DNA of 64,000 nucleotides from Mobula hypostoma (taxonomy: Eukaryota), in assembly GCF_963921235.1 (NCBI RefSeq), contig NC_086101.1:141422001-141486000 (forward strand), given 5' to 3'. Each line of letters opens with the position of its first letter. The stretch's first letter is position 1. The notes below the pieces were generated by a model, which saw nothing but the letters and a program-made list of their open reading frames with translations, was not told the DNA's origin and did not search any database. Both the position numbers and the translations under genes were made by a program. Shown piece by piece: positions 1 through 11,500 of this stretch.

Positions 1-248
1 TGCTGTTCAACTCTTTGCGTGATAATGCAGAAAGTTTGAAGTTAATAACTCATCTCCTTCTACCTTAGGCCACGAACTTATCAATCACCCCTGCTTTGAA
101 TCTCTTCTACAAAAGAGATCCGTATGCTCCACGACCACTGGACTAAGTGTGTATGTGTAGGAGGGGACTATGTTGAAATATAAATGTGCTAGGTTTTCTA
201 AAATTGACTGCTTCTACTTTAGGCCACGAACTTATCAATCACCTCTCG
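1..248. mobile_element. Mariner-derived MITE, right part (truncated by window start); same family as 63067-63533
   Basis: Two copies of the TIR-like CCTTAGGCCACGAACTTATCAATCACC (about 63-92 and 215-248), ending ...CTCG followed by TA. The intervening sequence resembles a mariner transposase C-terminus and is closely similar to the right half of 63067-63533. Confidence 0.8.
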
Positions 249-338
249 TAGTCCTGAAATGTTAACATTTTTTCTATCCACGGCTGCTGCCTGATTTGTT
301 GAGTGTTTTCAGCATTTTATCAGAATCGGGTTTAATAT

Positions 339-1381
339 CATAGAAACATAGAAACATAGAAAATAGGTGCAGGAGTAGGCCATTCGGCCCTTCGAGCCTG
401 CACCGCCATTTATTATGATCATGGCTGATCATCCAACTCAGAACCCAGCCTTCCCTCCATACCCCCTGACCCCTGTAGCCACAAGGGCCATATCTAACTT
501 CCTTTTAAACATAGCTAATGAACTGGCCTCAACAGTTTGCTGTGGCAGAGAATTCCACAGATTCACCACTCTCTGTGTGAAGAAGTTTTTCCTAACCTCG
601 GTCCTAAAAGGCTTCCCCTCTATCCTCAAACTGTGACCCCTCGTTCTAGACCTCCCCAACATCGGGAACAATCTTCCCGCATCTAGCCTGTCCAATCCCT
701 TTAGGATCTTATACGTTTCAATCAGATCCCCCCTCAATCTTCTAAATTCCAACGAGTACAAGCCCAGTTCATCCAGTCTTTCTTCATATGAAAGACCTGC
801 CATCCCAGGAATCAATCTGGTGAACCTTCTTTGTACTCCCTCTATGGCAAGGATGTCTTTCCTCAGATTAGGGGACCAAAACTGCACACAATACTCCAGG
901 TGTGGTCTCACCAAGGCCTTGTACAACTGCAGTAGTACCTCCCTGCTCCTGTACTCGAATCCTCTCGCTATAAATGCCAGCATACCGTTCGCCTTTTTCA
1001 CCGCCTGCTGTACCTGCATGCCCACTTTCAATGACTGGTGTATAATGACACCCAGGTCTCGTTGCACCTCCCCTTTTCCTAATCGGCCACCATTCAGATA
1101 ATAATCTGTTTTCCTATTTTTGCCACCAAAGTGGATAACTTCACATTTATCCACATTAAATTGCATCTGCCATGAGTTTGCCCACTCACCCAACCTATCC
1201 AAGTCACCCTGCATCCTCTTAGCATCCTCCTCACTGCTAACACTGCCACCCAGCTTTGTGTCATCCGCAAACTTGGAGATGCTGCATTTAATTCCCTCAT
1301 CCAAGTCATTAATATATATTGTAAACAACTGGGGTCCCAGCACTGAGCCTTGCGGTACCCCACTAGTCACCGCCTGCCATT
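339..1381 (-). mobile_element. Young 5'-truncated CR1 LINE (RT C-terminal half, 3' UTR, octamer tail)
   Basis: Uninterrupted ORF 438-1430(-) with GVPQGSVLGP, FADD and LVRPHLEYCVQFWSP motifs. Tail (CATAGAAA)x3 at 339-362. It interrupts the tail of another LINE. Confidence 0.93.
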
Positions 1382-1990
1382 CTTTGTCATGAAATTTGTT
1401 GTTTTGCAGCAACAATACACTGGAATACATAAAAAAGCTACAGGTTACAAGTAGTATGTATTAAAAAAATAAGTTAAATACTGTAAGTAGTGCAAAAAGA
1501 GATGGAAAAAAAAACTGGGGAAGTGTTCATGGGTTCATTGTGGGTTCAGAAATCTGATGGTAGAGGAGGAAGAAGCTGTTCCTGAAACGTTGAGTGTGTG
1601 TCTTCAGGCTTCAATACTTCCATCTTAATGGTAGCAATGGTGGTCATGTCCTAGGTGATGGGGGCCCTTAATGAAGAATGCTGCTTTTTTGAGGCATCGC
1701 CTTTTAAATGTGCCCTGGATGCTGGGAAGGCTAATGCATGATGAATCTGGCTGAGTTTACAACTTTCTGCAGCTTTTTCCCACCCTATGCAGTGCCCCTC
1801 CAGACCAGACAGTGATGCAACCAGTTAAAATGCTCTTCACAATGCATCTGTAGAAATTTGCGAGTGTCTTTGGTGATATACCAAGTCTCCTCAAAACTCC
1901 TAATGTATAGTCACTGTCATGCCCTCTTTGTAACTGCATGGATATGTTGGGCCCAGGATAGATCCTTAGAGATGTTGACACCCATGAATT
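1382..1990 (-). mobile_element. Degenerate Rex1/Babar-type LINE 3' fragment (its tail continues at 319-338)
   Basis: Translation LRRLGISPKTLANFYRCIVKSILTGCITVW resembles the C-terminal region of the family at 48162-48764. Confidence 0.75.
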
Positions 1991-2910
1991 TGTTTCAGAT
2001 TTCTGGCATCTTGTTTATTAGACTTCCATGGAAAGCTTTTCAAAATGATACAGGGAACATTTCTGCCCACATGGGACAGAAGGCAGAACCGTAGATTTAT
2101 GTTTCAACTACAATTCAGCAACTCCAACAGCGTTGTGCTCCCTCAGTACAATAATAAAGCATCAGCCTGTAGTTCGTGTGGGGCCTGAAACTCTAACTTT
2201 AAACTTATCAACAGATATCACTGAAGATGGTACAGTTAATGCATGGCTAAAGAGCTGGAGCAGGAGAGAGGGCTTCAGGCACATAGATCATTGGGCTTGT
2301 CTAGGGCAGGCCCTTTACAGGAAGGAGAAGTTGCACCTAAATATGAAAGGTACCTCACAGGAAGGTTTGCTAATGTTACTCAAGTGGGTTTAATTTTATG
2401 TGGTGCAGTGGGGTAGGGGGTGGTTAGGAAGTGGGAACCAGAGCAGAAGTCCAGAGGTGGAGGAATTGAGGGGAAAGTTGAGGTTAATCATGTAAGCCTA
2501 GAAGGAAGGACAGGTGGAGCCAAGTTAATGATAATCACTAATCAGTTATAAGCAAAGACTTTTCCGTAAGTCTCATTGCTTTAAACTATGTGGCCAAGTC
2601 TTGCAGGAACAAAAAGGTGTATTTGAATTGCATGCCATTTATTCAAATGCAAGTTCTCAGTGGGTTGAAGTCATGCACAGTTGCAATACAAGTCATGAAT
2701 TTTCAGAACTCATTGGTTGATTTGCATTTGCTTCCACAAGGCCGTTTTAGCCAACTCTCAGTAAGTCTTTCAAGAATTACTTGTTGTAGCACCTTCTCCA
2801 CTTACCAGGTTGAAGTGGATATTTCATTTGTTGAAATTCACTACATTATTAATCTGCAAATCTATGCTTAATCTAATTACATATTAATTACATTCAGCAG
2901 TACTGGAACA

Positions 2911-3027
2911 ATGTATTTGCATTATTTTACAAAACTGGGTAAACCATCAAAACCTATATTGGAATTTTTCTTAAGAAGGACGTCTACATTAAAGAAGGAT
3001 CTGCCAACCTTAACGTTGTTTACCAAG
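2911..3027 (+). CDS. C5orf63: Glutaredoxin-like protein C5orf63 homolog, first coding exon (MYLHYFTKLGKPSKPILEFFLRRTSTLKKDLPTLTLFTK)
   Basis: ATG at 2911 just after a CAGCAG acceptor (2895-2900). Ends LPTLTLFTK (human LPVLTLFTK). GTATGA donor at 3028, phase 0. Confidence 0.88.
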
Positions 3028-3059
3028 GTATGATGCAAACTGACCATCTCTTTTCATTG

Positions 3060-3700
3060 AGGGATAAAAAAACAGAAAATGCTGGAAGTACTCAGCAGGT
3101 CAGGCTGTATATGTGAGAAGAGAAACAGAATTAGCATTACAGGTAGAAGAATCTTCTCAGAACTTGGAAGGAGACAAAAGAAACTTGTTAAGCTGCGGGG
3201 AAACGTCTGGGAGAAGGATGCCTCTGATAGGGTAAAATTGGGGTGACCTTGGGGATAAGTTGTAAATAAGGTTATTTGGTCATTGAGTAAATGAGTGCAA
3301 CTAGAGACAAAAGAAATTGCTGATGCTACAATCTGGAACAAAGAAAATAGGATACTGGAAAAACTCAGAATATGAAGCAGCATTTGTGGAGGAAAAAGGT
3401 GAAAGTCAATGTTGGAGACTCTTTTCAGGACTACAGAAGAATATAAGAGTTGCTAAATGCAGAGCTGAATGGCATGCCCGGCAGGTCAGGCTGAGCAGGG
3501 ATTCTTGTCCCAGAGGAAGAAAATTACAAAGTGAGCCAATGTCATAGATGGATGATTAATAAAGACGAGAAATCAAGTGACTTGAAGTTGTAAAATTTGA
3601 TATCAAGTCCTGAAGACTGCATCCTGCACGAACAGAAGATTAAGTGTCGATTCTCAAATTTACATGGGCCTCATTGTAACAGTGCAGTTCACAGACTGAT
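3060..3700 (-). mobile_element. Degenerate Penelope-like element 3' fragment in a C5orf63 intron
   Basis: AAATGCTGGAAGTACTCAGCAGGTCAGGC end motif. The reverse strand of about 3580-3690 resembles the GIY-YIG C-terminus at 41545-41637. 3070-3310 is homologous to 21745-21960. Confidence 0.6.
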
Positions 3701-4079
3701 AGATGATGGAGTGTTGGCTGATCATTTTGTTTTCATGGGCTGGAGTGGGACTTGAACCTATAACTTACTGCCACTGCCAAGTATTGATTTTACTTTGGAA
3801 AACAAAAAAAAAACTACAGGTGCTGAAAAGAGGAACTGGTTACCATTTCAGGTGGATGTCCCGTCTTCAGAATTCTAATTTGTTCAGGTGGCTTTACTGA
3901 ACTTGGGTTAAACTCTACTTTGTTCTGACCGAGCACAGACATGTTCCTTGTTGGATCCACTGGCCATTGTGATTGAAATGAATTCCACAAGCTGAACCAG
4001 CATTGTTCAGCTGAGTTCACTACTGTACATCTTTTCCAAAGGTCAAATAATTTGCTGTGCCTTAGCTATTTTATCTATT

Positions 4080-4362
4080 GGGCAGCATGGTAGCATAGTG
4101 GTTAGCATAATGCTTTACAGTACCAGTGACCTGGGTTCAGTTCCCACCACTGTCTGTAAGGAGTTTGTACATTCTCCCCGTGACCATGTGGGTTTCCTTT
4201 GGGTGCTCCAGTTTCTTACCACAGTCCAAAGGCATACCAGTCGGTAGGTTAATTGGTCATTGTAAATTGTCCTGTGATTGGGCTACAGTTAAATCAGGGG
4301 CTGCTGTGTGGCGTGGCTTAAAGGACCGGAACGGCCTATTCCCACTGTATCTCAGTAAATAA
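4080..4362 (+). mobile_element. tRNA-derived V-domain SINE (HE1-like)
   Basis: Head GGGCAGCATGGTAGCATAGTGGTTAGC (A box) and GGTTCAGTTCC (B box), then the V-type core GGAGTTTGTACATTCTCCCCGTGACCATGTGGGTTTCC...GTTTCTTACCACAGTCCAAAG. Confidence 0.85.
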
Positions 4363-4752
4363 GTAGAATTAGAGAGAGCTAGTTGAAGTAAAATAAAAAT
4401 AATGTTATATTCATATCTCATAGATCTAAAAGTTCTTGCTATACAGATGCTGCCTGCCTTGCTGCGAATTTCTAGCATTCTCTGCTCTTCTGATTTCCTG
4501 CATACGTCATTATTTGCTTTAAAGTGAACTAATCCGTGTAATTATGGCCGAGTCAGACAGCATTGTGATAATATCTCCATTTGTGAATTGTTTTGGAATA
4601 CTTTTTTCCATCAGTGAAAAATCATTATTGCTATTAGCCCTTGTATTCAGTACTACAGAATTGTTGGTGATAATTGAATCATTTTACTGAAAATTTTAGC
4701 TTGCTCTTGTTAGAAACAGTTACTAACAAAGTTTTAATTTTTATACCCATAG

Positions 4753-4809
4753 GATTCTTGCACACTTTGTGAAGAAGCCAAAGAGGTTTTGGAGCCATAC
4801 CGACACAGG
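4753..4809 (+). CDS. C5orf63: C5orf63 homolog, CxxC exon (DSCTLCEEAKEVLEPYRHR)
   Basis: TAG acceptor, GTATGA donor, 57 nt, phase 0-0. Matches recalled human DPCPLCDEAKEVLKPYENR. Confidence 0.93.
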
Positions 4810-4908
4810 GTATGAAGTTAAATGCAATAAATAAGTAGTTTTCAAATTTAATCTAGATCCTTAAAAATTTCCTTACTTAGAAGTATTGATCTTTAGTTTT
4901 ATTTTTAA

Positions 4909-5154
4909 GCGTGTTGTACCAGACATTCAGCTATTCTTGTCTGGCATGTGGTGTCAGGATTAACCAGGTCACATTACGAACATTCCTGACTCAACCCTTG
5001 TATTATTTACGAGGCGGAGTGGCTAGCTCGACACTCAACCCGGCACAGATGGAAAGTGTGCTCAGGGGTGGCCCAACCTGGATTCGAACTCGGGAACCTT
5101 CGCTCCGGAGTCTGACGCTGATCTCACTGCGCCTACTGCGCCACCAGCCAGCCG
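4909..5154 (-). mobile_element. tRNA-derived SINE (non-HE1 family)
   Basis: On the minus strand: A box TGGCGCAGTAGG (5132-5143), B box GTTCGAATCC (5080-5089), A-rich end. Core shared with 58044-58101. Confidence 0.75.
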
Positions 5155-5477
5155 AGGGTCTGAGTTACACACAGATGATCATAGTCTTTTTATTTCATTT
5201 TATATGAGATTAAAGTTTTCCCAAAGACTTATTATTTTCTGACCTTTGTACCCCTCCTCACCACACTCCACCCCCCCCATTATTATTTTTCCTTTAGACA
5301 ATATTGCAAATATTCTTGATGATTCACCCACAGGGATTCCAAATGCTTGGGTGTGGTCATTCTGTAAATTTTTCTTTTTATCACCAGAATTTATTGTCCT
5401 GGCTCCACTCTATGAGCTCTGTTGTACTTTGCTGACCAAGGCTACAGCATCACCAGCCTGCATCAGTCTATGGAATT

Positions 5478-5643
5478 TAAAAACGCAAACATGAGGAAAT
5501 CTGCAGATGCTGGAATTTCAAGCAACACACATAAAAAATGCTGGTGACCGCAGCAGGCCAGGCAGCAGCTATAGGAAGGGGTACAGTCGATATTTCGTCA
5601 GATGCTGCCTGGCCTGCTGTGTTCACCAGCATCTTTTATATGC
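5478..5643. mobile_element. Short palindromic Penelope-derived insertion
   Basis: Inverted arms ATGCTGGTGACCGCAGCAGGCCAGGCAGCA / TGCTGCCTGGCCTGCTGTGTTCACCAGCAT. Flanking direct repeats TCTATGGAATT (5467-5477) and TCTACGGAATT (5644-5654). Confidence 0.7.
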
Positions 5644-8131
5644 TCTACGGAATTAACTGTGTCTCAGAGGACTTCAAGCGAGAGTTAATTTGGTTTATTA
5701 AGTGAGGAAGTCAACAGCTTGATCAGAGGTCAAATTCACTTTGCACTACAGTGGACTTACTTTTGTGTTCTAATTGTGTTCTTTCTTGTAAAAGCAGTGT
5801 ATAATTTGTGTTTCCCTAGCTTATCTGATGCTCTCTGCCTGTGATGCTAAGTTTCTCACTGCTCTGTGCATCCATATATTGGGCATGTGATAATAAAGTC
5901 AATTTTGAAGCTGCAAGGTGGAGATGGGTTTGGGGATGAGGCAATGAGGGGGTAAATTTGGAAGTATGAGGAAAGTAGTGATCAAGACATCATCCCAGAC
6001 TGGGACACACCCTTGATTAGTTAGTGCAGAGGAGAACAGAGAGTGGTACAAGTTAGGAAACAGGTATCAATGTGCGAGCAGGCTGAAGTTTACAGAGTGT
6101 GAGGTGGGAGGTCAGCAGGAATGTACAATGTGACCCTCCTTCAGGACAGTTTAGTCATGATTGGTTGCACAGTTTCAGATCCAGCACAGCGAGCCTTGTT
6201 GATTCAACATACAGAATGCTCTCTTTCTCTCAACTCCACTTTAGGCTATTGAGACATTTCTCCTGAATTGCATATATTTACCATTTCTGCTTTCTTAAGC
6301 CAACGTTTGACTATTCTTTATCTCATCCAACTGGTTTTTCAGACTGTCCCCTTATATTAACTTAGCTATTTTGTTCTTTCTTTGTTCACTTGCATTGAAT
6401 AGGAGGCCGCAAGTCCTAGAATCCAGGGGAATAGACCACTCACACAGCCCCATCCTTCACCTCATCCCCTCCAGGTCTCATCATCTGATTCCAACCTTTT
6501 CTGGCTCTCCAAAACTATACCTTATTTGTCAAGTTTATAATGGAAGGCATTCACTCTACCTCAAAGTCAAAGTTGATCGTCACATGCACAAGTACCTGCA
6601 GGTGCAATGAACTTGCAGCAGCATCACAGACACATAGCATTAGAAACAAAACATTTCATAAGAAAGAAAACATAAATTGATCATAAATTAAAACTTATAC
6701 AAGAAAGAACACAGTTAGAAAAAGGATGTCCACTATGGTGAAACTGGTCATGTGGTTACTATACTGAGGTAGTAATTAGGTTGTTAAGGTCGTTTCAAGA
6801 ACTGAATGCTTGAAGGGAAGTAGCCGTTTTTGAACCTGCTGTACCTCAAGTCTGATGGTAGATGTAAGAAGGTACCATGGCAGAGATGGTGGCAACCTGC
6901 TGATAGATGTTGCCTTCTTGCTTATGAGATTTACATTACATCAGCATATACTGCACAAGTCCAAGGGGCCTTTTATGTGTGTTCCAGACATTCAGTGCAC
7001 AGGGAATGGAGAGCATTGTGCAATATCCTTCTCCCATGGAGCTTTTTTACTAAGGTTCAGTGCACCGTTCAGCACATAGTCCTAGACCTTGGAATATGGC
7101 AGACAGAAACATTTGACCATGTTTAGTCCTCTGCATCTAATAACCCTGAAAAGTTTCTACTAAATGATAAGCAACCCCTGTAAGGATTACTTTTATTGCA
7201 TTCCATTGGGATACATAATATTCACACTAAATGTTGTACACTTTGCCATCCCTTGCATAACTACCAGTTGTCAACTATCCATCCATCAAAGGCTATGTAA
7301 TCTTCCTGTATGTCAAAGGCCCACCCTAGGACTTGTAAGTCAGAGTGGGCAGGTGTTGTCCAACTGCTCAGTTCTTGGCCAGCCATGAACAAATTGCAGA
7401 GCAGACTTAATGGGCTGAATGGCCTAATTCTGCTCCAATGTCTTATGATTCAACCCATAGCCACACTATTCATTCCAGTTCTTTTGCTCGTTCTCTGTAG
7501 AACAGATCTTGGTTCCCTCAAGTTCTTCTTAGCTGAAGGTGTATTGAAATAACCTGAGTCTCTACACAAGTCCCTGGATACCATAATTAAGGCTTCTCTC
7601 TTCAATACTTTCATGGAAAGTGCCCTTGCAAAAATTGTCTGCATTATCTTGCCTGTAGCTATCTTAATCCCTTCATGATGGAGACTAAATTCAAGTCAAC
7701 TTTGCTAAGAGAGCTGTCACTTTAGTTGTCCCTCCCACTGGACTGGGCCCTCTACTTCCTTTATTGTTCCAGAGAAACAACAGAAGCTCAAGGAATTAGC
7801 TTCTTGTCTACAACTGGGAAAAATACAACCCAGAGCGGCATCTGTGAAAGGAAAAGGGAATCAGAACCCCCCCCCCCCCGCCCACAACCTCTATGGATGC
7901 TGCACGACCTGCAATTTATTTTTTGCTCTGGATTCCAGCATCTACAGTCTCCTGTGCCTCTCCTCCCTCTTCTATACTAAAGGAAACACAACCCTAGCTT
8001 GTTCAGCACACTCATACCAAAAATGAACAGTACAGAAACAGACCTTTCAGCCCATCTTCCTAAGCTAATCTACTGTCCACTGATGAGTTTCATAAAAAGT
8101 CTGTGGAATTAATAATCTTATCATTTCATAG

Positions 8132-8311
8132 TTTATCCTCCAGGAGGTGGACATCACCGTTCCAAAGAACTCCGTCTGGTTTGAGAGGTACAAAAATGAT
8201 ATTCCAGTTTTCCACATGAATGGACAGTTTCTGATGATGCATCGAGTTAACTTGAAGATCCTAGAAAGAAAGCTGGCCAAACTAGAACAGGAATGTAACC
8301 AAATGTCATAA
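8132..8311 (+). CDS. C5orf63: C5orf63 homolog, last coding exon (FILQEVDITVPKNSVWFERYKNDIPVFHMNGQFLMMHRVNLKILERKLAKLEQECNQMS*)
   Basis: TTTCATAG acceptor, TAA stop at 8309-8311. Matches recalled human FILQEVNITLPENSVWYERYKFDIPVFHLNGQFLMMHRVN. Confidence 0.95.
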   Translation, partial: FILQEVDITVPKNSVWFERYKNDIPVFHMNGQFLMMHRVNLKILERKLAKLEQECNQMS

Positions 8312-8465
8312 AAGTCAGAAGTATGAATCACAGCAAGAAAAAAAATCTTTTTTTTGTTGGCTTGAATACATTACTGATTTGTAAATGATTTGAAATTATT
8401 TTCTATATTAGATACTGCCAGTGAAACTAACTTATTTGTGAAGGATGTAAACCATTTAAAATAAC

Positions 8466-8471
8466 ATTAAA
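8466..8471 (+). terminator. Candidate polyadenylation signal (ATTAAA) of the C5orf63 homolog
   Basis: ATTAAA about 155 nt after the stop codon, followed by a T/GT-rich tract (TTTTGGTGTAGT). Confidence 0.45.
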
Positions 8472-8689
8472 AAGGCAATGAATGAATTTTGGTGTAGTAA
8501 ATTCATGCTATTTTTTGATTGGCTGTATACGTAGATACAGCAAGGAAACAGGTCCTTTGGCCCACTGGGACACCCATTTATACCAATCCTACACAAACCC
8601 AATTTAATTGCCCTGAATTCATCCAGATTCTACCATTCACCAGTTTTAAATGTGGTCTACATACTTTTGAAACTTTATTAATTTATTTA

Positions 8690-8930
8690 TTGGGAAAAAG
8701 CACGGAAAGGGCCTTCTGGCCCTTCGAGTCACACCGCCCAGCAATCCCCCGATTTAACTCAAGCCGAATCACGGGGACATTTACAGTGACCAATTAAACG
8801 ACCAACCAGTACGACTGTGTACTGTGGGAGGGAACTGGAGCACCCAGAGGAAATGTGCAGGGAGAATGTGCAAACTTCACAGACAGTACCTGACGTCAGG
8901 ATCAAACCTAGGTCACTGGAGCTACACTGC
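8690..8930 (-). mobile_element. V/HE1-type SINE fragments
   Basis: Reverse complement of the V core: CTGTGGGAGGGAACTGGAGCACCCAGAGG...GGGAGAATGTGCAAACT. Confidence 0.65.
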
Positions 8931-10050
8931 TGTGCTTTCTACATGCAGGTTTTCTCACTGTGCTCATTTCCTATATATTAACAGTTTTTTAATATCTCAT
9001 CTCGCAATCAGTGGTGCACCACCAGATCTCTCACATTTGTGACTTGGAAATATATTGTCTTCTGCCCCTCCTGGTTTCACCTATCACCTGCCACCTCGTA
9101 CTTCTTCCTCCTCTCCCCCCCCCCCCGCCTTACTCTGTCTTCTCTCCTTCCTTTCCAGTCCTGAAGGTGGTCTCGGCTGAAAATATCAAGCTCTTCCAGC
9201 AGTTTGTGTGTGTTGCAATATATCGTCTTCATTGTTGCCAGCATTAAGTTCCAGAACTCGCTATGAAGCAGCACTGTAAGAGAATTTGAACAAGATGGTT
9301 TAGCTAATTAACATCCTCATGATTAATTAATGGTGGACAATAATTGCTGGCTTTGCCTGTGCCACCTAAAGAAAGGATAAGAAGGCAGAGCATAACACAG
9401 GACATTTGGGTAGTTTGTGTTTAAGCTGTTTCTTGACTCATTCCCCGCACCCACTTCAGGCTCACCTGATTCCCTGGAAGGTTTACTGTTGCACCTAAAA
9501 AAGTAAATTAAAATGTGTAGGAGTTTAAATACAATTGACATTCCAATAGTCCAGCAAATCAGCCAGTCCTGCATCACAAGTCAAAGGGGCTTGGTTGTTG
9601 AGAATTTTACTGTACATTCACGAGAGGATAAGGTTCAGGAAATAACATAATATGCAGAAAAAGGCAGTAACTAAGCTGCAGTAAACACATGTTTTATTGT
9701 CCCAAGCTAATAAACATTGGGTAACTGATAATAGGGGCACTGAATGAGCAGTTTGTGAAAGCCAGGAACATTGATGGGTTGAGTGCCAGGCTCGGGGTGA
9801 ATGAGCAGAATGATCTACAAAATTCTAGGTAGGAGATTCTGGGAGCAGGATAACACAGAGGCTGAAAGCGTGAAGGACAATGACATCAAATTGTTCAGGC
9901 ACTGTAGCCGAGTGAAAGGAAAGGGAATATGTATAGTAAATTATAGAGAGTTTTGATAAATAAGGAGAACCCATCTTCTCCCTTGATGGCTGGTTACCAG
10001 GAGATGCAGATTCAAGAATAAAGATGGTCCTCAGGTAACAAACTGACTTA

Positions 10051-10325
10051 CAGATACCCTTAAATCTGAACAAGCTCCTATAATACTACTAAATTAAAAA
10101 GTTTGATGTGCATACGTAGGTTTGTTCCTACGAAGGGCAGAACTAGTTTCCTGTCTCCAATTTTAGTAACTGTTCTCTTATCAGTCTTTTTTATGCCATT
10201 CATAACAATACTGTGGAGATATTATTACTATATCTAGTGATTTTTGCATATTTTCCAACTTAAAGACAAAATAAACTCTGAAGGTTGGTAAAAACGGAAC
10301 CCATTTGTGACCTGGGTACAGCCTG
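10051..10325. mobile_element. Tigger/pogo-like MITE (degenerate)
   Basis: TA|CAG... and ...CCTG|TA ends. Shares AACGGAACCCATT with the inverted copy at 14383-14665. Confidence 0.5.
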
Positions 10326-11044
10326 TATTGAACATTAAACTCCACTGCCAGTATCAAGTCCTGTTTCTCCTCTTTGCTCCATCCTCTATTATCACTTTAT
10401 TTGTTGATTTTCATCAGATCCCTGCCTGGAAAAATCTTAGTTTTAAAACATTAATATCCTTCTGAAGCCTCCGTTCTTCCATCTGTTATCGTTTCCAGTA
10501 TTGCAACCTTCCTAGGTTGCTGCTTCTTCCTAAGTTGGCAACCTGAGTTAGTGCAATTTGCCTGCTTTTTGACCATATCCCTCTAAATGAAATACAGTGG
10601 AATAGGACTGCATAAAGCACTTAATTTTAATGTGATTTTTATACAGTTTAAGAATGTATAATTACACTCAGCAGCACATCCAGATGTCTGCAGAGGGGGC
10701 TATTTTCAGTTCTGAATACATGCAGTACCAGTAGCCGTCACCTGGCTGTGCTGTTGAGCAGGAGGACTGCAGTACCAGTTCCTGTGATACTGCTGAACAT
10801 CACAACTGCTACTTTAAGACAGTTAACCCCATAAATAAAATACTGTAAATATACCCCAATAACAACTTCTATCTATGGCATTTCTAACATAGTAATATTT
10901 AGAAGCATAGATGATTTCAGTCCATTGTATCTGCACCAGTTAAAAGAAAGCCACCCAACCAGGTCCAGTATCCTATACATCATAACTCTGTATACAAGCA
11001 CCTTTTAAATGTGATGAGAGTCCTTTCATTCATACTATCCATCT

Positions 11045-11500
11045 TTCATAATGGTCACTTTATTAAGCACAGGAGTGGAACCCAGTATGGTCTTCTGCTG
11101 CTGTAGTCTATCTACTAAAAGGTTCATCATGTTGTTCATTCAGAGATTTCTTCTGCACACCACTATTATAATGCATCATTATTTAGGTTACTATACTTGA
11201 TATTTTTGGGGGTTTTTTTCATAACATTCTCCGTAAACTCTAGAGACCGTTGTGCGTGAAAATCCCAGGAGGTCAGCAGTTTCTGATGTATTCAAATCAC
11301 TCTGTCTGGCTCCTACAATCATTCCATGGTCAGAGTTATTTAGATCACATTCCTTCCCCATTCTGATGTTTTGGTCTGAACAACAGCTGAAGATCTTGAC
11401 CATGTTTGCATACTTTCATGCATTGAATTGCTGCCACATGATTAGCTGATTAGATTTTCTATTAATGAACAGTTGTACCTAATAAACTGGCCATTGAGTG
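11045..11500 (-). mobile_element. Internally deleted Tc1-like element with transposase N-terminal HTH remnant
   Basis: Translation MGKECDLNNSDHGMIVGARQSDLNTSETADLLGFSRTTVSRVY. Degenerate TIRs GGTCACTTTATTAAGCAC / GTACCTAATAAACTGGCCATTGAGTG|TA. Confidence 0.75.

Noticed and set aside
415-1392. Several + strand ORFs overlapping the CR1 RT
   Set aside because: Antisense shadows of the LINE ORF. The same applies to most short ORFs in the track.
2590-2871. 93-aa ORF upstream of C5orf63
   Set aside because: No recognisable homology and a GTG start. The real coding start is at 2911.
5075-5154. Possible tRNA gene
   Set aside because: A and B boxes are present, but no convincing cloverleaf. It continues into a SINE body shared with another copy.
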